Below, in pieces: positions 8,091 to 16,061 of a stretch of 24,000 bases of DNA. The stretch covers positions 562,648 to 586,647 of the forward strand of contig CAVVHV010000006.1 in the NCBI GenBank assembly GCA_963748155.1. Reading direction: 5' to 3'. How positions within the stretch are numbered: the stretch's first letter is position 1; each line of letters opens with the position of its first letter. The DNA comes from an uncultured Acidobacteriota bacterium (GTDB taxonomy: Bacteria > Acidobacteriota > Blastocatellia > Pyrinomonadales > Pyrinomonadaceae). A program made the translations under genes and the position numbers. The notes below the pieces were generated by a model. The model worked only from the letters and a program-made list of their open reading frames with translations, did no database searches and had not been told where the DNA came from.

Positions 8091-9932
8091 CCCACGACTT
8101 TCGCTCGCTGGTTGCCATGTTGCGTCACCGAGCGCTGCATCAGGGAAACTGTCGCGCCTATACCTTTCTTGCAGACGGCGAAACCGAGAGCGCCGCGCTT
8201 ACCTATGCACAACTGGATCGTCGCGCGTGCGCAGTGGCTGCTGCCCTTTCAGATCGAGGAGCGAGACCTGGAGATCGTGTCATCCTGCTTTACCCGCCGG
8301 GCCTTGATTTCATAACGGCGTTCTTCGGCTCGATCTATGCAGGCGTGATCGCCGTTCCGTGTTATCCGCCTCACCGCTTGCAGATCGCTCGTTCGCTCCC
8401 GCGCCTGACAGCGATCGTGGACAATGCCGAGCCCGGCATTGTCCTTTGCACAGCGGAGGTTGCTGCTGACGCACCCGCCTGGGTTGCGCATGTCCCAGCC
8501 CTCAATGCGCTTCCCTGGATCATCACCGATACGCTCGCGGATGACGCCGCCGCCACGTGGAAAGAACCTGATGTCGACTCGTCAACTCTGGCCTTTCTTC
8601 AGTACACTTCGGGCTCAACCGCCGCGCCTCGTGGAGTGATGGTTACTCACGGTAACCTCCTCCACAACCTCGCCGCCATCAATTACGTGCAGGAGAATGA
8701 CTCCGACAGCGTTTCCGTTTCCTGGCTTCCGGTGATCCACGATATGGGACTGATCGAAGGAGTTCTCGAGCCAGCCTATGCGGGTTACCCAGCCTATCTA
8801 ATGTCGCCTGCTACTTTCCTCCAGCGTCCCCTCCGCTGGCTGCGCGCGATTAGTAAGTATCGTGCCACGAACAGCGGTGGTCCAAACTTCGCGTATGACC
8901 TATGTGCTCGAAAGGTCAACGCCGAACAACGTAGCAACTTTCGATCTTTCCAGTTGGCGCGTCGCATATAACGGCGCCGAGCCGATTCGCAGCGAAACAT
9001 TGACTGCGTTCTATTAGAGCGTTCGCTGATTGCGGCTTCCGTTGGAAGTCCTTTTATCCGGTGTACGGCCTGGCCGAATCGACGCTTTTGGTCACTAGTG
9101 GGCGCAGGACCTACCAGCCAGTCTTTCTGGACGCCGATGCTTCTGCTCTTTCCGGTGGGCGCATTGAAGAAGCCTCGCCAGATGGGCCATCCCGACAAGT
9201 CTCACTGGTATCGACTGGGCCACCTGCACTTGATACGCGCGTTCTCATTGTAAATCCCGATACCTGCCGGCGTTGCGCGCCGCGCGAAATCGGTGAGATC
9301 TGGCTCTCATCACCGAGCGTTACAAAAGGTTACTGGCGACGCGAGGAGGAAACCTCGCAAACCTTTGGCGCTAGTGCTCACCGACGATGGGAGCGGACCG
9401 TATCTGCGCACGGGCGATCTCGGCGTGCTCATCGACGGCGAGCTTTTTGTTGCGGGACGACTAAAAGACCTTCTGATCGTCCGCGGGTTCAAACACTACC
9501 CGCAAGATCTGGAATTAACGGTTGAGCGCCAACACCCGGCTATCCGTCCAGGTTGTGTCGCCGTATTCGCCCTCGAGGCACACGACGAACACATCGCCGT
9601 TGCCGCTGAACTAGACCCGCGGCGCCTCGATATCACCCGGACGAATCCTCTGGAATTCCTCGCTCTTTCTCGCGCGAGGGCAATCTCGCAAACGCGATCT
9701 CCGATCTGATCGGCAGGATTTGCCAGGCTGTCGCGGAGATTCACGGTGTCCAACTCCACACGATCGCTCTGCTGAAACCGGGCGCGCTTCCGAAAACAAC
9801 CAGCGGCAAGATTCCCATCGTGCATGTGCCCAGGCCTTGTCCGGTGGGCAATTGGCCGAGCTTGTGCGATGGATCAAACCCGAGGTTGGACCATTGGATT
9901 CTGCAACTACGCTACAGTGGGCCACGATATGA
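8087..9932 (+). pseudogene. Fatty acyl-AMP ligase (FAAL, FadD32-like adenylating enzyme), five frame changes
   Basis: Motifs appear in canonical order across five frames: FLQYTSGSTAAPRGVMVTHGNLLHN, WLPVIHDMGLI, GGPNFAYDLC, DLSSWRVAYNGAEPIR, PVYGLAESTLLV, GEIWLSSPSVTKGYW, YLRTGDLGVLIDGELFVAGRLKDLLIVRGFKHYPQDLE and LPKTTSGKI..HRACAQAL. Shifts lie near 8940, 9015, 9372, 9620-9675 and 9812. Stop TGA 9930-9932 overlaps the ACP ATG at 9929. Confidence 0.85.
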
Positions 9933-10233
9933 CGACAACGCAACAGCTCACGGCAGGCGACGCGTTGCGCCCGAGGTTGGCGCAGCTTGCGGCCGATGTG
10001 CTGCGCATCCCCGTGGCCGATATTCATCCCACTGTGCCGTTCTCAGCCATGGGTTTGGATTCACTCGCGGCAGCTGAACTTACCGCGCTGAATTGAAGAT
10101 GAACTCTGCCACGAACTGCCACCGGCGGTGCTTTTCGAATGTCCCAGTATCGATTCGCTGTCGCGCTTCATCGAATCGCGCTTTGCTGGAGCGGCAATTG
10201 AGAAGAGCGAGAGAGAGACACGTATCTGCGCGA
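9929..10233 (+). CDS. Acyl carrier protein (phosphopantetheine-binding), frameshifted and probably once fused to the downstream reductase
   Basis: MTTTQQLTAGDALRPRLAQLAADVLRIPVADIHPTVPFSAMGLDSLAAAELTAL carries the GLDS attachment serine. The helix continues in another frame as IEDELCHELPPAVLFECPSIDSLSRFIESRF (shift near 10093). A further shift near 10215 leads into the reductase frame with no intervening stop or start signal. Confidence 0.7.
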
Positions 10234-11433
10234 ATGCTGACGGACGCGATCTTGCCGGCCGACATCGTGCCAGCCTGCCCTCAGGAATGTCTTAATGACA
10301 ATGTGCTTTTGACGGGCAGCACCGGTTTTGTCGGCGCTTATTTGCTACGCTCGCTCCTTCGCGACACGCCGGCCATGGTCCACTGCATGGTCCGGGGCAG
10401 CGACACAGAGGCGAGCGTTCGTGTGCGCCGAAATCTCGCGCAATACGGGCTCTGGGAGGAGCACTTTGCGTCGCGCATTCGCTATGTCTATGGCGACGTC
10501 TCGCATCCATTGTTGGGAATGGCGAGCCGAGATTTCAGCCAGCTCGCTAACTCTATCAGCGCGATCTACCACGCCGCTGCTGCCGTCGATTGGGTGCGGC
10601 CGTACGAGGACCTTCGGGATGTGAACGTCTTTGGCACGCGCGAGCTACTTCGTCTCGCCTGCTCAGGGCCGGCAAAATCTTTTCACTTTCTTTCGAGCCT
10701 GGCTGTTTGTTACTCCAACGGCGCGCCCGGTGACGCCCTCGAGGGTGATGATCCTCTCACCAATCTGAGGGGTTTGAGTCTGGGTTATGCGCAGAGCAAA
10801 TGTGTCGCAGAGTCGTTGGTGCGACAGGCGATCGAGCGTGGCTGCCACGCTACTATTGCCCGGCCGACCCTTGTTTCCGGAGATTCGACATCCGGAATCT
10901 CGAATGCCGATGACTTACTTTCTCGTTTACTTCGAGGCTGCATCCACATGGGCGCGGCACCCGATCTCGACTGGGCGATGGATTGTGTACCCGTCGATCA
11001 CGTCGCCGATGCGATGGTCCAACTTGCGCGAAACGGGGTTCCCGGCGGTGTCTATCATTTGGTTAATCCGAAGTTGCGGTATTGGCGTGAATGCGTACTG
11101 TGGATGTGTCTCCGGGGCTATCCACTCGAGCTGATGCCCTATCGCGACTGGACCATGCGCCTGCACAAGACAGCAACCAGCTCAAACCCGCTCTATCCCT
11201 TGCAGTCGTTCTTCCTGCGCACTATTCCCGAGGAAGGCGACCTTGCTATTCCCGAGCTGTACGAAGAAAAGCGCCGCCGCCGAACGCGATGCGATTTTTC
11301 CCGCGCTTTACTTGCACAAGCGGGAATAACCTGTGCGCCCCTGGATGCCCACCTCCTCGATCGGTACTTCGACTCGTATACGGAGCGCTGCTTGATTCCG
11401 ACGGTGGCGCGCGCGACCGCACGTACGTCGTGA
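10093..11433 (+). CDS. Thioester reductase (NAD(P)-binding terminal R domain, SDR-type)
   Basis: Rossmann motif VLLTGSTGFVGAYLL, catalytic YAQSKCVAE (YxxxK), then RPTLVSGDSTSG and VPVDHVADAMV, the order seen in NRPS/CAR-type R domains. The first ~45 codons of the tracked ORF are out-of-frame ACP sequence. ATG 10234 (MLTDAILPADIVPA) would give a stand-alone 399-aa protein. Confidence 0.85.
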   Translation: MKMNSATNCHRRCFSNVPVSIRCRASSNRALLERQLRRARERHVSARMLTDAILPADIVPACPQECLNDNVLLTGSTGFVGAYLLRSLLRDTPAMVHCMVRGSDTEASVRVRRNLAQYGLWEEHFASRIRYVYGDVSHPLLGMASRDFSQLANSISAIYHAAAAVDWVRPYEDLRDVNVFGTRELLRLACSGPAKSFHFLSSLAVCYSNGAPGDALEGDDPLTNLRGLSLGYAQSKCVAESLVRQAIERGCHATIARPTLVSGDSTSGISNADDLLSRLLRGCIHMGAAPDLDWAMDCVPVDHVADAMVQLARNGVPGGVYHLVNPKLRYWRECVLWMCLRGYPLELMPYRDWTMRLHKTATSSNPLYPLQSFFLRTIPEEGDLAIPELYEEKRRRRTRCDFSRALLAQAGITCAPLDAHLLDRYFDSYTERCLIPTVARATARTS

Positions 11434-12606
11434 CGCGCGTCTCAGCAGCCCGCTCGTCACGGCGATCGAGCAGTTCGCTGCGGCGTCGTAACTGCGATCC
11501 GGCATTGCGCATCACGAACGTGGAACTCTTTCCCATGAATGGCGACGACAGCATCGTTGCTGAGCTGACATCCTGGAAGCGCGGATCTCGACCAGGGCTT
11601 CGTCGCGCTCGGCTGACAACTGAATCGCGGGATGGATGCACGTCGGTGATCGATCTGATGTTGAAGTCCAAGCCTCCGGACACGGATGCAATAGCACGTA
11701 GGCGAACAGGTCGCGCGCCTGTGCGGACGTCAACTGGGCGACGCGTACGCAGCGTGGCGCGACCATATCGGGCTCACCAGGGGGCACCTCAGGGAATTGG
11801 CAATTTATGAGACCGATGATCAACGCTTTCTCGATCATGTTCCGGCGCCCCTTACTGTGTTGCGCGATGACGAACGAGGCGAGTGGCTGATGGCGCTCGA
11901 GTACGTGAGCGATGCCCCTGTGGCTAATGCGTGGGATCGCTCATGGACCAACATCGAGATCGACGTCGCTCTTCGGGGTCTTGCCGTTCTTCATGCCGTC
12001 TGGCGCGATCGTTGGGAGACGCTGATTTCGAAGAGTTGGCTTGCGCCGCGGCGCAGCTCGGCGCAGATGGCAGAGATGCTTCCCCTCTGGTCGGCTCTTG
12101 CCGCAAACGCGCGCCCGGCTTTTATGAACTGGGCGGGACCCGCGCTGGTTAAGGCCCACGAGTCCCTGTTATGTGGAATCGACCGCTGGTGGCAGCCGCT
12201 CGGCAACAATCTCCAGACCTTAATTCATAACGACTTCAATCCCCGGAATATTATGCTCCGCGGCCTCCCGTTGCGCCTTTGTGCCTACGACTGGGAGCTT
12301 GCAACTATCGGCGCTCCACAGCGCGATCTGGCCGAGTTTCTCTGTTTCACGCTGGCGCCTGAGACGTCGGCTGATGATGCGCCCGCCTGGCTTCAGCGTT
12401 ACTGCGGTCTGCTGGAGGAACAAACAGGAACAACCATCGATCGGATCGAATGGGAAGCGGGATTCCGGGCCGCGCTTTGTGACTTCCTGATCGATCGGCT
12501 GGCAATGTACGCGATGATTCATCGCTTCCGTCCACAGGCGTTTCTCCCGCGCGTCGTGCGCACCTGGCTGATGCTTCACAACCGTTTCCCGTGGCCTATC
12601 TCATGA
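11430..12606 (+). pseudogene. APH/choline-kinase-fold phosphotransferase, one frame change near 11692
   Basis: GTG 11430 overlaps the reductase stop (GTGA). The N-lobe (IVAELTSW...VIDLMLKSKPPDTDAIA) is in one frame and the rest is in the 11797 ORF frame. It carries the Brenner motif LIHNDFNPRNIML and the metal-binding YDWELATIGAPQRDLAEF. The exact start is uncertain. Confidence 0.7.
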
Positions 12607-13229
12607 ACAACGTCCCCGCTCACATGGAACCCGCTGGACCAGCGGGCACCATACACGTCAGCAACCTGATTACGTACATGGCGCTCATGGCAGGCTGTGG
12701 TGCTGCATATCTCGCCATGATCTCTCACCACCGCGCTGCGGCCGGGGCGTTCATGGCCGTCGCCGTTATTGCTGATACCTTCGATGGACTCTTCGCTCGC
12801 TTGTTTGATCGCACAAGCTTCCAGTCGGCGTTTGGCGTACAACTCGACAGCCTCACCGATGCCGTAACGTGCGGCTTCGTTCCTGTGATCGTACTCGCGT
12901 CAGACAGCACGCCAGCGACATTGGGCGCAGCCTTTGCGTGGTGGAGTTGCGCGTTTCTCTATACGTTCGCTGCTATCACGAGGCTCGGCTACTACAACCT
13001 CACACACGGCGACGGCCCTTGGTTCGTCGGCCTGCCAGCGCCTTTCTGCGCCCTGGTGATCTCGACATCACTGCTCTGGTCACCACACGCTCTCGCCGCT
13101 GCATTGATTTTGGTCTGCTGCGCTGTGGCCATGGTTGCACCGATCCGTCTACCGCGTCCGCGGGCCGCAGGGCTCATCGCCTTCGTGGGCTGGGCGCTGG
13201 TTCTCGTGGTGCTTCACGGCCTGGTTTAA
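12603..13229 (+). CDS. pssA: CDP-alcohol phosphatidyltransferase, phosphatidylserine/archaetidylserine-synthase-like
   Basis: Carries the signature D(x2)DG(x2)AR...G(x3)D(x3)D as ADTFDGLFARLFDRTSFQSAFGVQLDSLTDAV. FG.QLDSL.D..T.GF.P resembles PssA-type members. ATG 12603 overlaps the kinase stop (ATGA); the tracked ORF starts at GTG 12591. Polytopic, 208 aa. Confidence 0.75.
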   Translation: MNNVPAHMEPAGPAGTIHVSNLITYMALMAGCGAAYLAMISHHRAAAGAFMAVAVIADTFDGLFARLFDRTSFQSAFGVQLDSLTDAVTCGFVPVIVLASDSTPATLGAAFAWWSCAFLYTFAAITRLGYYNLTHGDGPWFVGLPAPFCALVISTSLLWSPHALAAALILVCCAVAMVAPIRLPRPRAAGLIAFVGWALVLVVLHGLV

Positions 13230-13241
13230 TTGAGCTTGGAT

Positions 13242-13394
13242 CGGGTCAGTACCACCTGCGGTAGCGGGTGGGTGCGTAGCTACGGGCGACTGCTCATCAT
13301 CTCGTTAGATCAACGCTGCGAGCACCTTGTGTTGATAGCACTGACCTGCTTGAGGGCTGCGCACCCACCCGCTATCGCAGGTGGTACTGACCCG
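13242..13394. repeat. REPIN-like inverted doublet (copy 1), between convergent genes
   Basis: The arm cgggtcagtaccacctgcggtagcgggtgggtgcg (13242-13276) is inverted at 13360-13394 with one G-T difference, around an 83-nt centre. Each arm contains its own hairpin, ccacctgc-ggta-gcgggtgg. The same arms recur at 20165-20265. Confidence 0.85.
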
Positions 13395-13410
13395 GTCCCA
13401 ATCACATTGG

Positions 13411-15525
13411 CTAAGGGAAACTCGTAGTACTCGGCTGGCGTCGAAGAGCGACCCCCGAACATCGTTCCACGAAGATTCGATTCACCAATCTCGCTATTTC
13501 TTCCACCGCTCTTTCAGGAGGCTTGCCACGGCGATGAATCCCACAAACGGCGGTTGTCGACGAATGGTCAAATCCTGGCGCCCAGCGCGATTGACCCCTC
13601 TCATCCAAACCATAGGTTAAGTATGCCGAAAGCGTATCGATCCCAGTGCCAGGCCGCTCGCCGATCAAATGAATGATCATTTCAGCCTTCAGCAGCGAAC
13701 CGACGTGATAACCCGCCCGCACTCTCCCATTCTCAATAACAATGTCTATCTCGCTAATATGATGACCTGCCGCCTGGAGTTCGCGCCGTATGCCCGGTAG
13801 GACCGAACGCAGATTCTCATTGACCGCGTTCGCATTGAGCCCATCCGAAACGACAACCTGCACTTGCGGCCGGCGCGCGGAATAGAGCGCCTGGATACGA
13901 ACCGTATCCTCGTCTGCGATCAGCTCGCCCGTTGCCGCGTGCGCCAGGTAGTCATCTCGGTCCAAAGACCTTGTATGCGCTCGAACGTGACGCGGCGACG
14001 AGTCAAAGACCACTGCCTCTTCCATTGTCGCGTAGAGTGCGTTCCTCGCATTTGAGTAGATCCCCGTAATTCGAGCGTTCGCTTCGGGCGGGTCACCGTA
14101 GTTTTCGTCACAGCCGTAACCAAGATCGGACCCTCGTTCGGCTAGCGCTCCAATCTTTTTTGCTCCTTCGTCGCGGAGCGTATCCAGCGAACGAGTGTCG
14201 CCACCAGCTTTGTGATAAGCCGCATACAGTACATCCGCACTCCTACCGGATACCGCGCCGAATTCAGTCATCGCGGACAGCTCGATTAATCTCTTCTGCA
14301 TTGCGGAGGCGATTTGGCGCCCGGTTTGGCGGCGCAACCTCGGATGCTCGCGAAACGAAGTTGTCATGTATCCAAGCATTGGATCCGCGTTTCCCGCGAC
14401 CGCCATCAAATAGGCCGGGGCAGCCTGGACCACGATGTGTTCCGTCAGGGTCTGCAATTCGACAGGTCCAATGCCCATATGAAAAGTGGCGCAGACATCG
14501 AGTCCCATTGTGATTCCGTGAAGCTTGGCCATCACAGTGTCTTCAAGGCACGCCCGTAGCAATTGCTCGCCGGTGCGGAAGACTTCGGGTCCGATGAATC
14601 CGGCGACATCGTTCACAATCATCCAACTGCCTGTCTGCTGTTGAATGAGTCTCGCAACCCCGTAGGCTCGCGCTTCGAGTGTAACCATATCAACACCCTC
14701 GGCAGCCTGATTGGTGACTGCGGAACCCTGACCCGTCTCGAAGTAGAGCCCGTCAAATCCAGGCGCAAGGGCGAGCAATCCATCAACATTGAGTCCCACC
14801 ATCCCCAATATTGCCTTCGAGGTTCCGGCAAGACTTTGAAAGCCAACATCCACTTTTGTTTGTGAGCGCGCAGTGGTCTGCTTCACGATGTCCGACAGCA
14901 CGCAGAATCGAGTAGGTAACTCAAGTCGCTCGACCACACTCTGCAGTAACTGCTCGAGCCTAATGATTGTGTCGACATCGTCGCTGGCAGGATTGAGACC
15001 GAGAATCACATCCCCGCAACCGTACGCGACCCCTTCGAGAATTGAAAGCAATATCTCGGTTTCATCGTCGCCTGGGGAGTTAGGCTGAATTCGCGAGCCG
15101 AGATGTCCCGGTGAACCTATAGCGATTCCTCCTCCCGGCAGCGGATTGAAGAGCTTGCAGGAAAGCGTTCCCAGCTCTTCATTAGTCATCACTTTCACCA
15201 CTGCAGCAGCGGCTTCGCTTGAGACACCATTGCGATGACGCTCGATCCAACTCGTGCCTTGCGGCGAAAGGAGAATTCGCTTGAGCTCAGCCACGGTAAG
15301 GTGAGCCACTTCACCGGCCAGTTGCGGATCCAAAGATCGATGAAGAGCTTCAGTGACTTGATCTTCAACGAAGTCCGTACTGGCAATATCTCCGAGTGAC
15401 AGAGCGGCCAGCGCGTCACGTGCTTCTCGGCGAACGTGGTCATCGCGCGTGCCGCCGACGTTCAGATCGCCTTCTTTGAACTCATTGGCGAGCGCAAATA
15501 TTTGGCTAAGCTGGTTGCGAGCCAT
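13411..15525 (-). CDS. eutBC: Ethanolamine ammonia-lyase, large and small subunits fused in one 704-aa polypeptide
   Basis: Intact ORF. The EutB part carries SRIQPNSPGDD, LGLNPASDD, FQSLAGTS, YFETGQGSA and NDVAGFIGPEVF. From about residue 500 the EutC part carries VQVVVSDGLNANAV and IHLIGERPGTG. There is no stop or frame change between the two parts. Confidence 0.9.
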   Translation of the reverse strand: MARNQLSQIFALANEFKEGDLNVGGTRDDHVRREARDALAALSLGDIASTDFVEDQVTEALHRSLDPQLAGEVAHLTVAELKRILLSPQGTSWIERHRNGVSSEAAAAVVKVMTNEELGTLSCKLFNPLPGGGIAIGSPGHLGSRIQPNSPGDDETEILLSILEGVAYGCGDVILGLNPASDDVDTIIRLEQLLQSVVERLELPTRFCVLSDIVKQTTARSQTKVDVGFQSLAGTSKAILGMVGLNVDGLLALAPGFDGLYFETGQGSAVTNQAAEGVDMVTLEARAYGVARLIQQQTGSWMIVNDVAGFIGPEVFRTGEQLLRACLEDTVMAKLHGITMGLDVCATFHMGIGPVELQTLTEHIVVQAAPAYLMAVAGNADPMLGYMTTSFREHPRLRRQTGRQIASAMQKRLIELSAMTEFGAVSGRSADVLYAAYHKAGGDTRSLDTLRDEGAKKIGALAERGSDLGYGCDENYGDPPEANARITGIYSNARNALYATMEEAVVFDSSPRHVRAHTRSLDRDDYLAHAATGELIADEDTVRIQALYSARRPQVQVVVSDGLNANAVNENLRSVLPGIRRELQAAGHHISEIDIVIENGRVRAGYHVGSLLKAEMIIHLIGERPGTGIDTLSAYLTYGLDERGQSRWAPGFDHSSTTAVCGIHRRGKPPERAVEEIARLVNRIFVERCSGVALRRQPSTTSFP

Positions 15526-15592
15526 GGTGAAGAATCATTCTAGACCGGAAGAGAATCAGGGAGAACCCGTCAAGAGTTGACTGCGCGTGCGG

Positions 15593-15621
15593 ATTGAAAT
15601 CGCAGATCCCTACCGTGTCAA
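15593..15621 (-). promoter_or_regulatory. Weak candidate promoter for eutBC
   Basis: On the minus strand: TTGACA (15621-15616), 17-nt spacer, TTCAAT (15598-15593), ~70 nt upstream of the ATG. Pattern match only. Confidence 0.2.
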
Positions 15622-15665
15622 TTTCCATCACGAGCGGGTAATGGTACAGGTTGAAATCGACTCAT

Positions 15666-15882
15666 TACGCCGAAGGCGTTGGCTAATTTAAGCCCAGGGT
15701 TGGAGCGCAGCGACAACCCTGGGTAAGAATCGAAAAATTTAGATTGAACCCTGAAAGGGTTCGGCGGTCGGCGAACCCTTTCAGGGTTTTCAATAATTAT
15801 CATTGCTTGACCCAGGGTTGTCGCTGCGCTCCAACTCTGGGCTTAAATTAGCCAACGCCTTCGGCGTTTCAAACTGAACCAG
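15666..15882. repeat. ~215-bp nested-palindrome MITE-like element, copy A
   Basis: Outer inverted arms: acgccgaaggcgttggctaatttaagcccagggttggagcgcagcgacaaccctgggt and its complement near 15810-15867. Central palindrome: aaccctgaaagggttcggcggtcggcgaaccctttcagggtt. A shared 15-nt tail ttcaaactgaaccag follows. It aligns base-for-base with 18144-18358. Confidence 0.9.
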
Positions 15883-15967
15883 TACTCACGAACGGGGAAA
15901 AGTTAGGTATGGTCCAAGCCTCAATATTAGCTTCAAGAATTCAACCTTCTGATCAGTTCTGAAATCG

Positions 15968-15996
15968 TTGACGCTATCTAATCGCGGGAGTATAGT
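15968..15996 (+). promoter_or_regulatory. Candidate sigma70-type promoter for the 16062 gene
   Basis: TTGACG (15968-15973), 17-nt spacer, TATAGT (15991-15996), ~65 nt upstream of the start. A strong SD, AAGGAG (16048-16053), lies 8 nt before ATG 16062. Confidence 0.4.
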
Positions 15997-16061
15997 CCGA
16001 GCATCGCTGGTCCTTTTCTGGTCTCCCTTTCTGAACAACAGTGGCTTAAGGAGTGCCTACC

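Noticed and set aside
2649-11700. Programmed ribosomal frameshifting or transcriptional slippage as the cause of the frame changes
   Set aside because: There are far too many sites per gene (up to six), in both directions. I saw no slippery heptamers with downstream structures, and several unrelated genes are affected. Indel errors or decay are simpler explanations.
11091-11810. Tracked 239-aa ORF spanning the reductase/kinase junction
   Set aside because: Its first two thirds are an alternative frame of the thioester reductase gene (Arg/Pro/Ser-rich). Only its last ~85 codons, from GTG 11430, are used here, as the kinase N-terminus.
13230-13427. Small ORFs inside repeat elements: 13230-13427, 15618-15803, 17946-18194, 18103-18291, 23030-23212
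   Set aside because: They are translations of the palindromic repeats (GSGWVRS, ANAFGV, PRVVAALQPW-type strings) and appear on both strands of the same element. They have no RBS or independent support.
15526-15665. Possible adenosylcobalamin riboswitch or other leader upstream of eutBC
   Set aside because: The leader is short and I could not find a B12-box-like core or the multi-stem layout on the minus strand. A covariance-model scan would be needed to exclude it formally.
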